From IMG/VR virus record IMGVR_UViG_3300011116_001229: a stretch of DNA of 64,000 bases. The stretch is one strand, 5' to 3'. Shown piece by piece: positions 55,681 through 64,000 of this stretch. This DNA is from a virus. Taxonomy: Duplodnaviria; Caudoviricetes. A model generated the notes under the pieces. That model was not told the origin of the DNA, did no database searches, and saw only the letters and a list, made by a program, of their open reading frames with translations. Made by a program: the position numbers and the translations under genes. The first letter of the stretch is position 1. Each line of letters begins with the position of its first letter.

Positions 55681-57615
55681 TCACGAATCTCTCCAGAGGT
55701 TATTTGTGGCAAAAACGAGGACCTCCTCGGCGGATTCTGGAGAATATGAGTAATCACGGATCATGGTTTCAACCATGTCACTGTACTTCTTCTGCTGTTC
55801 ATCATTCCTCGTCTTAGACTTGGTGATGATTCTTGCCATTGTTCTAACTGAAGATATCAAGAATGACTCGATTGCATTCTTGAGCGGCTCGTAAGTCTTG
55901 TAAGAAACCTTTTCACCTCGTCTCATCTTGGCAAACATGTAAGCTGTGACATCGGATCGGAAGCCGTCCTTTGCTGAACCTGTGACGCCGATCTGCTCTT
56001 CAATAGACACCATGAATTGCTCATCAGGCTTGCGCTCTTCTTTGGTGATCCTATCCTTGAGCTTTGATCTCGTTGTGTAAGCCTCAGCATTATCGAGGTA
56101 AGAGTCAAAGAGAGACTGTGCTTGTTCCTCATATGCTGAGATGAAAGCCTTGGCAATCTCGGTCTCTAGGATTTTGAGGTACTCTTCTCGAATTGTTTTC
56201 TGAAGAAGCTCTAGGCACTTTGACTTGAATTGCTCATCGACAATTTGCTCTTTCACCATCTTGGTCAAAGAATCCATGATAGAGATTGGTGTGATCATGT
56301 TCTTGTCGGATGCTGTAAGAGCATTGTCAAGAGCCTTCGTGATGAACCGCGTAGAGATGCCATCAAGACCTTCGTGCTTCGCTTCCTCCCTAAGGTCCTT
56401 GATGTCGACCTTGCGAACCCTTCCCTTTTCGAGGACGTCTTCACCGTTGTAGATCTTCATCTTGGTGAGGAGGTCACACTTGGCAGAATCCTTGAGACGG
56501 CTCATGACTGAGAACATTGAAGCAATCTTTAGGGTGTGCGGAGCGATATGTGACTCGAAGTCCGACTTGCCCAACATCTTCTCGTAGATCTTTACTTCTT
56601 GATTTAGCTCAAGGCAGTAAGGAACGGAGATCTTCACGATGCGGTCCATGATGGCTTCGTTGGTGTGCTCAGACTTAAATCTGTTCCATTCAGCCTCGTT
56701 GCAGTGTGCTAGGATAACACCGTCGAAGTGAAGCATGTCGGACTTACCAGGAGATGGGACTCGCTTTTCCTGCGTTGCTGTGATGATGGTGTGGAGGAAC
56801 TCAATCTCGTTCTTGAAGACCTCGACGAGTTCAACGATACCACGATTACCCACGTTGAATGCACCGTTAAGAGAAAGAGCTCTTGGATCATCTTCTGCGT
56901 ACTTATCAAGTTTCGAGATGTCGACGGAGCCGATGAGAACGGAAACGTCTTGCGAGTTAGCATCCATTGGAGGAACAGAGGCTACGCCACGTCTGCCGCG
57001 CTGTGAGAAGGTAACTTCTTCAACCTCGAAGTCCTCGTACTTGCCAGCGTAATCGTTGAGAAGCTTGTGACGAGCGACAGGAGAAATGTCACCGTCAATT
57101 TTCACGTTGATAGCCGCTTCGATTGATGGGCGGAGCGAACGTGGGATGAGTTGTAGAGGTTCACCGCGGTGAGGATCGCCTTTGAGGGTGTAGTACTTCT
57201 TTCCTTCGAGAGCCTTTTTGATGTGCTCTGTTAGCGCAGACTTACCTGCGCCGACTGGACCCATGAGCAAGAGGACCTGACGAGATTCTTCACCCTTGTG
57301 AGCCGCGGAAGACAAGAAGCTCATGACCTTCTCGATGACTGTCTCCATTCCGAAGAACTCCCCCTCGAAGTACTTGTGAATCTTGATGTTCTCGCCGTCG
57401 AAAATCTTATTTTTTCTTGGATCAGAATCTGGCAGGACATAAGAACCATGTTCAGAAATTGCGTCGAAAAGTCTCTTGTGAGCAGACTTGACAACAGCTG
57501 GATCTTTCTCAACCATCTCGATGTAGTCCATCAAATTACCTGAGAATTTCTTGGTCTTGCTTGATTCTTCTCTTGCTGATTTAATCTGTTGTAGAAGTTG
57601 TTTCTTGATGCTCAT
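55681..57615 (-). CDS. prkA: PrkA/YeaG AAA+ protein
   Basis: EFFGME, GPVGAGKS, NRGIVELVE, HCNEAEW, VPYCL. Confidence 0.93.
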   Translation of the reverse strand: MSIKKQLLQQIKSAREESSKTKKFSGNLMDYIEMVEKDPAVVKSAHKRLFDAISEHGSYVLPDSDPRKNKIFDGENIKIHKYFEGEFFGMETVIEKVMSFLSSAAHKGEESRQVLLLMGPVGAGKSALTEHIKKALEGKKYYTLKGDPHRGEPLQLIPRSLRPSIEAAINVKIDGDISPVARHKLLNDYAGKYEDFEVEEVTFSQRGRRGVASVPPMDANSQDVSVLIGSVDISKLDKYAEDDPRALSLNGAFNVGNRGIVELVEVFKNEIEFLHTIITATQEKRVPSPGKSDMLHFDGVILAHCNEAEWNRFKSEHTNEAIMDRIVKISVPYCLELNQEVKIYEKMLGKSDFESHIAPHTLKIASMFSVMSRLKDSAKCDLLTKMKIYNGEDVLEKGRVRKVDIKDLREEAKHEGLDGISTRFITKALDNALTASDKNMITPISIMDSLTKMVKEQIVDEQFKSKCLELLQKTIREEYLKILETEIAKAFISAYEEQAQSLFDSYLDNAEAYTTRSKLKDRITKEERKPDEQFMVSIEEQIGVTGSAKDGFRSDVTAYMFAKMRRGEKVSYKTYEPLKNAIESFLISSVRTMARIITKSKTRNDEQQKKYSDMVETMIRDYSYSPESAEEVLVFATNNLWRDS

Positions 57616-57647
57616 AGTATTTATTGTACTTATTGTTAGGTGTTTGA

Positions 57648-58958
57648 TTAATCAATTTCCCAAGGTTCTTCTTCTACAATAGTGTAGAATTTGACCGGTT
57701 TGCCCCAGAGGTGTTTGACGTGTTCAACCACCTCGTCAGCATGTTTTAATTCAAGATCACGTCCGTCATGCTCATGCCTTATCACTAACAGTCCGTCTTT
57801 CTTTAACTCATCAACATAAACGACGGGTATTGAACCCCCCGCTACATTTGCGATGAGGTCTTCTTTCACTTCCTTCCAGCCTTTTTCATCTGAAACGTCA
57901 TCAACTGTGACACCTGATTTTTTCTTAGATGAATAGCTAAAAAGATTTAGATCAACGCAATCCTCTTCGGTTAGATACTGTCGTAAGAACGAAACATCGT
58001 AACAGACTTCGCGAGCCAAGAAGCACTCGTCAATTCCGTGTCGTTCTTTAATTTTTTGGAAAAGATGGAATCCAAGGTGGTAGGGATTAATGGAACCAAT
58101 ATGTGGGCGCACAACAGCGTTATGCATCTTGATGATGGGGATGTGAAGTTCTCCAGGAAGATCTAGTTCGTGACAGAGCGTATAGTGCCAGTACGAAGCC
58201 CAGCCCTCGTTCATGATCTTTGTCTGGATCTGTGGCCAAAAATATTGACCTTCTTCGCGACACACATGAATGATATCACGCTTCCATTCAGGAATGTCAG
58301 CATTGTCTTCTATGAATCCTAATAAGTCGTAGTCGGGTTCAAGTGGGTATGTGTCTAGATTGAAATCTTTGTATTTGCTTTCGTCTTTGTTGCTGTTGAT
58401 TTCCTCAATATACTCAGCTTTAATTTCATCGTGTGATCTTCTGATTTGCCCGTATTTTGTCGTCTGAAATTGCAGGGCCTGACAGGCATCTAGTGTTCTC
58501 TCGACTTTTTCAATTCCAATGTGCTGATCTTCTACGTACTTTTGGATTCTCTTCTTTGCAGAACGTAAACGCTGGATCACGGATTCGGGACGCGTGTTCT
58601 TGAACATCCTGTTGTTCTTGAAGAAATCAGAGTGTCCGACGCAGTGCGCCATGATGAGAATCTGAAGATATAACGGATTCTCTCTCATAAGATACGCCAA
58701 CGACGGATTGCTATTGATGATAAGCTCGTAGGGCAATCCTTCGGCACCGAGGTTGTAGCGATTCATTGTCTGTTCGAAAGACTTGCCGAAAGACCAGTGG
58801 GAATACATGGACGGCATGCCGTGATGTACCATTGCGCCGATCATCTCATGATAATCAACGACTTCGTAATCTAAGTCAAACCAGTCGAGATTATGATTTT
58901 TAGCTAACTCAATGATTCGTTCGTCCCAAGTCTTAAGATCTTCAAGCTTATAATCCAT
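57648..58958 (-). CDS. spoVR: SpoVR/YcgB family protein
   Basis: HWSFGK, YELIINSNP, AHCVGHSDFFKNN, TKIMNEGWASYWH, NPYHLG. ATG overlaps the yeaH stop (TAATG). Confidence 0.93.
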   Translation of the reverse strand: MDYKLEDLKTWDERIIELAKNHNLDWFDLDYEVVDYHEMIGAMVHHGMPSMYSHWSFGKSFEQTMNRYNLGAEGLPYELIINSNPSLAYLMRENPLYLQILIMAHCVGHSDFFKNNRMFKNTRPESVIQRLRSAKKRIQKYVEDQHIGIEKVERTLDACQALQFQTTKYGQIRRSHDEIKAEYIEEINSNKDESKYKDFNLDTYPLEPDYDLLGFIEDNADIPEWKRDIIHVCREEGQYFWPQIQTKIMNEGWASYWHYTLCHELDLPGELHIPIIKMHNAVVRPHIGSINPYHLGFHLFQKIKERHGIDECFLAREVCYDVSFLRQYLTEEDCVDLNLFSYSSKKKSGVTVDDVSDEKGWKEVKEDLIANVAGGSIPVVYVDELKKDGLLVIRHEHDGRDLELKHADEVVEHVKHLWGKPVKFYTIVEEEPWEID

Positions 58959-60118
58959 TATTGTGCCTCCACTGTGCCATTCATCAGATTCAAGAAGCTC
59001 GGCCAAACGTCCTCTTTCTTTTGAATTCTCACTTGCTTTAATTTATTGCCTTGAAGGGGCTTAAGAAGTGAGTATATCTTGTCAGGTGCTGTCGACCAAT
59101 TAGCATCCGGTTCTATTTCGCAGTAGCCGTACAGTTGAATCGACGTGAGAAGCTTTCTTGCTTCATTTAGAAAATTCTCATTATCGTCAGAGAAGTTGTC
59201 TCCATCTGAACACTGGAAAAGGTAAACGTTCCACGAGTTGGGATGGAATCTCTTGCTCATGATGTCGGAGGCAAGCTTGAGCGCAGACGAGGCTCTAGTC
59301 CCGCCAGTTGATGCTTTTTCGAAGAAGTCTTTTTCTTCAACTTCTTGTGCTTCTGTGTCGTGAGAAATAAAGACGATCTCTATCGTCTCGTACTTGAGCC
59401 TGAGGAACTGATACAGGAGAAAGAAGAAAGATCTCGCTAAAAACTTCTTATCCTGTGACATGGACCCCGACACATCCATGACAAAGAAGATGACTGCATT
59501 CGTGCACGGCTTCTTTGTAATCTTATAATGTCTGTACTTCAGATCGTCTTCGTGAAAGGGAAAACTGTCATCTTCAGAATTTTCATGATCAAAGCCTGCT
59601 GCCTTCATCCTTTTGATCCTAGCAATTGCAGATTTTTTGCGATCAAGTCGAGGTATGATACCCTCAGTTCTATAGCCTTTTCTCTTCAACTTTTCTGTGT
59701 CAATATTGCTTAATTGACGCTTCTGCAATTCAGGAAGTTGCAGTTCTGAGAAGAGGTATTCAGCGAGTTCTTCATGTGTAATCTCTACGTCGTAGTATTC
59801 TTCACCTTTGTCACCGCTTGCTTTGTTTGGTTGACCCTGTCCTTCGGGCGGAGGATCACCAATCTTCTGACCTCTCTTGACGTCTTTTCCTGGTGCTGAT
59901 CCTACTTGTTTACCGTTGCTGCCGTAAACAAATCTGTACTCTTTTATTCCTCTGACTGGAATGCGGTACTTTTGCTTACCATCCTTGCCGATGATGCTTT
60001 CATCGGCAACAATGTGGTGAATTCCCTCGCGTATCGCCTTTTCGATCTTCTGCTTGTGTCGGCGCCGATCTGATGCAGTTCGATCTGCGACAGTTTTGTG
60101 TTCTCGAAAAATACTCAT
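58958..60118 (-). CDS. yeaH: YeaH/YhbH (DUF444) vWA-domain protein
   Basis: DRRRH, EYRF.YG, VMDVSGS (MIDAS), HDTEA, GGT, SDGDN. Confidence 0.92.
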   Translation of the reverse strand: MSIFREHKTVADRTASDRRRHKQKIEKAIREGIHHIVADESIIGKDGKQKYRIPVRGIKEYRFVYGSNGKQVGSAPGKDVKRGQKIGDPPPEGQGQPNKASGDKGEEYYDVEITHEELAEYLFSELQLPELQKRQLSNIDTEKLKRKGYRTEGIIPRLDRKKSAIARIKRMKAAGFDHENSEDDSFPFHEDDLKYRHYKITKKPCTNAVIFFVMDVSGSMSQDKKFLARSFFFLLYQFLRLKYETIEIVFISHDTEAQEVEEKDFFEKASTGGTRASSALKLASDIMSKRFHPNSWNVYLFQCSDGDNFSDDNENFLNEARKLLTSIQLYGYCEIEPDANWSTAPDKIYSLLKPLQGNKLKQVRIQKKEDVWPSFLNLMNGTVEAQ

Positions 60119-60194
60119 GAGTTAGTGTTCTGATTATAAGTAATCGTCTAAACTTTGATTATCTTTTGTTTTTTGAAAGTCAACAATTACTAGG

Positions 60195-60224
60195 TTGCAA
60201 ATATCAGACTGAATGTGTTACAGT
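60195..60224 (+). promoter_or_regulatory. Sigma70-type promoter with extended -10
   Basis: TTGCAA-N18-TACAGT with TG at 60216-60217. Confidence 0.6.
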
Positions 60225-60254
60225 TAGATTATTAATAGAAAGGCGGGTATTCCA

Positions 60255-61100
60255 ATCCCAGAAGGTCCAGAGCTTAAACATTCACGTGATAGACTTAGAG
60301 AGGTCTTGCTTGATAAAAAAATCACAAGATTGATGACCGCTGAAACGGGTCGCTACAAAACAAAGCAACCCGATGGCATGTCAGAAATCATTGAAGATTT
60401 GCCTCTCAAGGTCACTTCAATTGACACAAAGGGCAAGTTCATGTGGTGGACTTTGTCAGGAAAAAATAAATTTTGGTACATGTGGTGTACATACGGCATG
60501 TCAGGTCAGTGGTCGCGTGCAGCAGGCAAACACGTTGGTTTCATTGTAGAATTCAATGATTCAGGTGCACTAATCACCAGAGATCAGCAGAAGATGTTCT
60601 TTAATGACACTAGACGGTTCGGTACAATTAAATTCGTCTGCAATCAAGATCAACATGATAAGAAGTTGAACTCACTAGGCCCAGATGTACTGGAAGACCC
60701 ACCAGTTGACCCAGAATTATTCGCAAAAAGAATTCTACATAAACCTAATCGCACAATAGCAGAAGCTCTCATGGACCAATCTTGTGTCTCTGGCGTAGGA
60801 AATTATCTCCGTTCGGAAATTTTGTATGATTGTAAAGTTGATCCCTGGCGGTGTGTAACTGATATTACTAGCGAAGAATTCGTGAAGCTGTGTGAGGCAA
60901 CAATAAGAATCGCAAAGAAATCCTACAAATCACAGGGAGCGACCATCAAAACGTATCGAAATATTGATGGATCTGAAGGGACCACGCAATTTAATTTTAA
61001 GGCATACGGTCGCAGGCTGTGCCCGTCAGGTCACGTGATTGCTCGGAAGAAAGATAGAAATGGAAGGATGATGCATTGGTGTACTTTGTGTCAAAAGTAA
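60255..61100 (+). CDS. Fpg/Nei DNA glycosylase with apparent ATC start codon
   Basis: ATC-PEGPE, KGK, YGMSG, D.RRFG, LGPD, MDQ...SGVGNY...E, C-terminal zinc finger. Confidence 0.88.
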   Translation: MPEGPELKHSRDRLREVLLDKKITRLMTAETGRYKTKQPDGMSEIIEDLPLKVTSIDTKGKFMWWTLSGKNKFWYMWCTYGMSGQWSRAAGKHVGFIVEFNDSGALITRDQQKMFFNDTRRFGTIKFVCNQDQHDKKLNSLGPDVLEDPPVDPELFAKRILHKPNRTIAEALMDQSCVSGVGNYLRSEILYDCKVDPWRCVTDITSEEFVKLCEATIRIAKKSYKSQGATIKTYRNIDGSEGTTQFNFKAYGRRLCPSGHVIARKKDRNGRMMHWCTLCQK

Positions 61101-61134
61101 GTTACATGAAGCCTGGACTCCTATATTTAGGAGT

Positions 61135-61911
61135 ATGATCATATACTCATGCTTTAATACAAACACGGGCAAACACTACATCGGGCAAACCAAGTTCACT
61201 GTATTCGAGAGGTTCCGCGGGCATCTCAAAGATGCCAGAATGCAAAAATCGTATAGAAAAGGAAGTAAGTTTCACTCAGCATTAAGAAAGTACGGGAAAG
61301 ACGCGTTCATTATTACTGTTCTCACCACATGTAATACCCAAGAGGAAACAGATTTGGCTGAGCAGTACTGGATATCGTACTTCAACTCAACGGATGATGA
61401 TTTCGGATACAACACTGCGATTGGTGGATTAACACACTTTGGCCCCAAGAATCATTCCGAGGAAACTAAGGCAAAGATGAGGGCAACAAAACTCGGCAAG
61501 AAATTTACAGAAGAGCACAAACGAAGAATAAGTGAATCCAACAAGGGAAAGCACAATCACTCAAAAGAAAATCATCCGCTTTGGGGTAAAAAACACTCTG
61601 AAGAAACTAAGCAAAAGATTGCTGATGCAAACAGAATAAAAAGCTCAGGTGAAAACAATGCACGATGGGGAGCAATAGTTTCTGATGAAACTCGAAGAAA
61701 AATATCCGAGGCAAACAAAGGGATGTTCTTGGGATCTAAATCTCCCTCTGCGAAATTAAATGAAGATAAAGTTGTAGAAATTCTCATGTACTCTTTATCT
61801 CATTCAGAAAAAGATACATGCGATACCTTTTCGAAAAAATTTGATGTATCACAGCAACTCATAAAAAGTGTGGTAAGAAGAAAATCGTGGAAACATGTTG
61901 AAATTAAATAG
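61135..61911 (+). mobile_element. GIY-YIG homing endonuclease with NUMOD3 repeats
   Basis: IIY...N...KHYIGQT, RF.GH, E, YN; HSEETK and GENN repeats; C-terminal helix-turn-helix-like segment. Confidence 0.88.
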
Positions 61912-61913
61912 TG

Positions 61914-61997
61914 ACGGACGGTTTTTGTCACAAGACGACGAGAGAAGAAACAGAAGACCGACGTACATCCTGGTGGTGTGAAACTTGTCAAAATTAA
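61914..61997 (+). pseudogene. Orphan 27-codon duplicate of the Fpg/Nei C-terminus
   Basis: TDGFCHKTTREETEDRRTSWWCETCQN* aligns without gaps to [27 protein letters not shown]. Confidence 0.75.
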
Positions 61998-62047
61998 ACT
62001 AACTTGTCAATTTATGCTATATTTAAATTTGATGACTCAAGGTCGTT

Positions 62048-62323
62048 ATGAAGACTGACATGGCAACAAGAAGTAGCTCAGCTGGCTGGAAGATCGGTGA
62101 AAGATCTACAGAATTTCAGCTACACAAGTCTCAGCTTCCTGCGTCTAATGTCAAAAAGGTCTTGGACTACACCGAACACAGGCTGAGAATTTTTCTCCAA
62201 AGAATCTTAGACCCTCAGCAAAAACAAACACTCAATGAAGTCATTAAAAAATATTGCAAGGGCGAGGTTGCAGTTGCTTGGAAAGCTGGAAAACCTGTCT
62301 GGATTAATGTGACGAAAGATTGA
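62048..62323 (+). CDS. Hypothetical protein
   Basis: 91-aa ORF; TATTTA at 62020. Confidence 0.6.
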   Translation: MKTDMATRSSSAGWKIGERSTEFQLHKSQLPASNVKKVLDYTEHRLRIFLQRILDPQQKQTLNEVIKKYCKGEVAVAWKAGKPVWINVTKD

Positions 62324-62366
62324 CGTAATTTATACAGTTTGATCATTTGACTTAAAATTCAAAGCT

Positions 62367-64000
62367 ATGTACGTCAATAATGATCAACCGAAAACAACTA
62401 AAGTTGTATTTTCATCCGAAGCGCGCAAGTCACTTTTTCAAGGAATGCAAACAGTTGCTCGTGCAGTTGGAAGCACTTTAGGACCGCGCGGTAAGACTGT
62501 TCTTATACAACAAAGCTCAAATTCTCAACCAATTATTACAAAAGACGGAGTTACAGTTAGCAAGTCTATAAATCTAAAGACTCCGATTGAGAGAATGGGA
62601 GCCCAGCTCATAAGAGAAGCAGCGTCACAGACTAATGAAATTGCAGGTGACGGCACTACAACCGCAACCGTTCTCACTTTCTCCATGGTGAAATCCGGAC
62701 TTAAATTGTTGGAGGCGGGCTATGACGCTAAAGCACTTTGTTCGGGCATCACCAGCGCATCAGAAGCTGTTTCTTGTTTGTTAAAAGAAAGTGCAAAGCA
62801 ATTGACAACCGTCGAAGAGATTGCTCAGATCGGAACAATCAGCGCAAACGGCGACAAATCAATAGGTCATCTCATTGCTGACGCAATGACAAAAGTGGGC
62901 CATGATGGGATCATAACAGTTGAAGAGGCTAAGAGTATGCAAACTCAGCTTGACGTAGTTGAAGGCATGCAAATTGACAGAGGATATCTCAGTCCATATT
63001 TTGTTACCAACAATGAGAAAATGCACGCTGCTTATTCTGATGCTAAAGTTCTATTAGTTGATCAAAAACTTAATAGCATGAGAGAAATGCTGCCACTTCT
63101 TGAAAAAGTTTTGCAATCAAAAGTTCCTTTATTAGTAATTGCTGACGAAGTTGAGGGTGAAGCTTTGCAGGGCTTAGTTGTTAACAGAATTAATGCACAT
63201 TTACCTGTTGTTGCGATTAAAGCACCTGGTTATGGCAAAAGCAGGGAAGAATTCATGCGAGACATCGCGGTAATGACTGGTGCGAAAATTGTGTCGCCTT
63301 CAACTGGTCTATCCATGAGCAAGACAACTATGTCCGACTTGGGATCTCTCAAGAGTCTGCTTGTTGATGCAAAATCTACTACTATGGTTGGCACAGGCGC
63401 AACAAAACAGTCTATTAATGCGCACGTTGAAGAACTTAAAATTCAATTGAGAGACATCACGCTTACACAGGAAGAAGCTGAAAGACTCAGACTTCGAGTA
63501 GCTAGATTATCTTCCGGTGTGGCTATTATCAAAGTAGGTGGAGCAACTGAGCTTGAGATCATTGAGACTAAGTACAGAATTGAAGATGCATTAAATGCAA
63601 CCCGCGCTGCCGTTGATGAAGGAATCGTTCCAGGCGGAGGGATGGCGCTGTTTGAAATTTGGAGAAAACTCTCCAGTGACAAAGATTCTGGTTGGGCTCA
63701 ATTTGGCACGGGTGGATCAATTGTTGCTGATGCTTGCTTAGCTCCCATTCAAAAGATTTCTGAAAATGCCGAGAAGAGTTACGAAGTTATTATTAGCGAT
63801 CTTATGCGTCAGAAAAAAGAAGACAATTGTCCAGAGATTGGATACAACGCAGCATCTGAAGAGTACGTCAATATGATTGAAACAGGAATAATCGATCCTG
63901 TTAAAGTAACAAGAACGGCTCTCAGAAATGCCGCCTCAGTTGCGTGTACATTTCTCTCTCTTGATGCAGTAATTGTCGAAGAAGATGATGAACAAGAATA
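62367..64000 (+). CDS. groEL: Chaperonin GroEL; runs to the window edge, last bases TA may begin the stop codon
   Basis: TLGPRG, ITKDGVTV, AGDGTTTAT, EGMQIDRGY.SPYF, KAPGYG, PGGG, IIDPVKV. Not in the ORF track because the stop is outside the window. Confidence 0.95.
   Translation, partial: MYVNNDQPKTTKVVFSSEARKSLFQGMQTVARAVGSTLGPRGKTVLIQQSSNSQPIITKDGVTVSKSINLKTPIERMGAQLIREAASQTNEIAGDGTTTATVLTFSMVKSGLKLLEAGYDAKALCSGITSASEAVSCLLKESAKQLTTVEEIAQIGTISANGDKSIGHLIADAMTKVGHDGIITVEEAKSMQTQLDVVEGMQIDRGYLSPYFVTNNEKMHAAYSDAKVLLVDQKLNSMREMLPLLEKVLQSKVPLLVIADEVEGEALQGLVVNRINAHLPVVAIKAPGYGKSREEFMRDIAVMTGAKIVSPSTGLSMSKTTMSDLGSLKSLLVDAKSTTMVGTGATKQSINAHVEELKIQLRDITLTQEEAERLRLRVARLSSGVAIIKVGGATELEIIETKYRIEDALNATRAAVDEGIVPGGGMALFEIWRKLSSDKDSGWAQFGTGGSIVADACLAPIQKISENAEKSYEVIISDLMRQKKEDNCPEIGYNAASEEYVNMIETGIIDPVKVTRTALRNAASVACTFLSLDAVIVEEDDEQE

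Noticed and set aside
58959-59006. N-terminal extension of SpoVR in the ORF track (MAELLESDEWHSGGTI)
   Set aside because: Overlaps yeaH; the TAATG coupling with GGAGG upstream points to ATG 58958.
63443-63682. Minus-strand 79-aa ORF and the many similar antisense or nested ORFs
   Set aside because: They are shadows of strong genes on the other strand or frame, with no motifs or initiation signals.
1-64000. Stop-codon reassignment, known in some huge phages
   Set aside because: Known proteins are full length in the standard code and TAA, TAG and TGA all end genes at expected positions; the dnaE break also needs a frame change.
1-64000. tRNA, rRNA or CRISPR array
   Set aside because: Intergenic gaps are short and none shows a cloverleaf or regularly spaced repeats by eye; a tRNAscan/Infernal run would be decisive.

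Overview
Gene-dense segment, mostly on the + strand and in the standard genetic code, of a jumbo/huge dsDNA phage genome. It holds a T4-like replication module (gp32-like SSB, UvsX/RecA, gp41-like helicase, RNase H/FEN, DsbA-like protein) but uses a family C polymerase (DnaE). It also holds an intein-bearing class II ribonucleotide reductase, a large nucleotide-metabolism and NDP-sugar cluster that looks like a DNA base-modification pathway, base-excision repair genes, chaperones (Hsp20, J-like, GroEL), stress genes (Dps-like, SOD, YeaH-SpoVR-PrkA), an actin-fold ATPase, four free-standing homing-endonuclease-like genes and many hypothetical proteins sharing an N-terminal motif. The sharpest anomaly is in dnaE: its conserved PHP motif (HAHSGFS|TFDG) is split by a 10-nt stop-containing hairpin insert about 100 bp downstream of an endonuclease gene, resembling a miniature T4 gene 60/mobA bypass cassette. 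Other notable items are an fpg/nei gene that can only start at ATC, an orphan duplicate of the fpg 3' end left behind a GIY-YIG gene, and start-occluding hairpins carrying a putative late-promoter motif in front of endonuclease genes. All product calls come from motifs read by eye; no database search was run.
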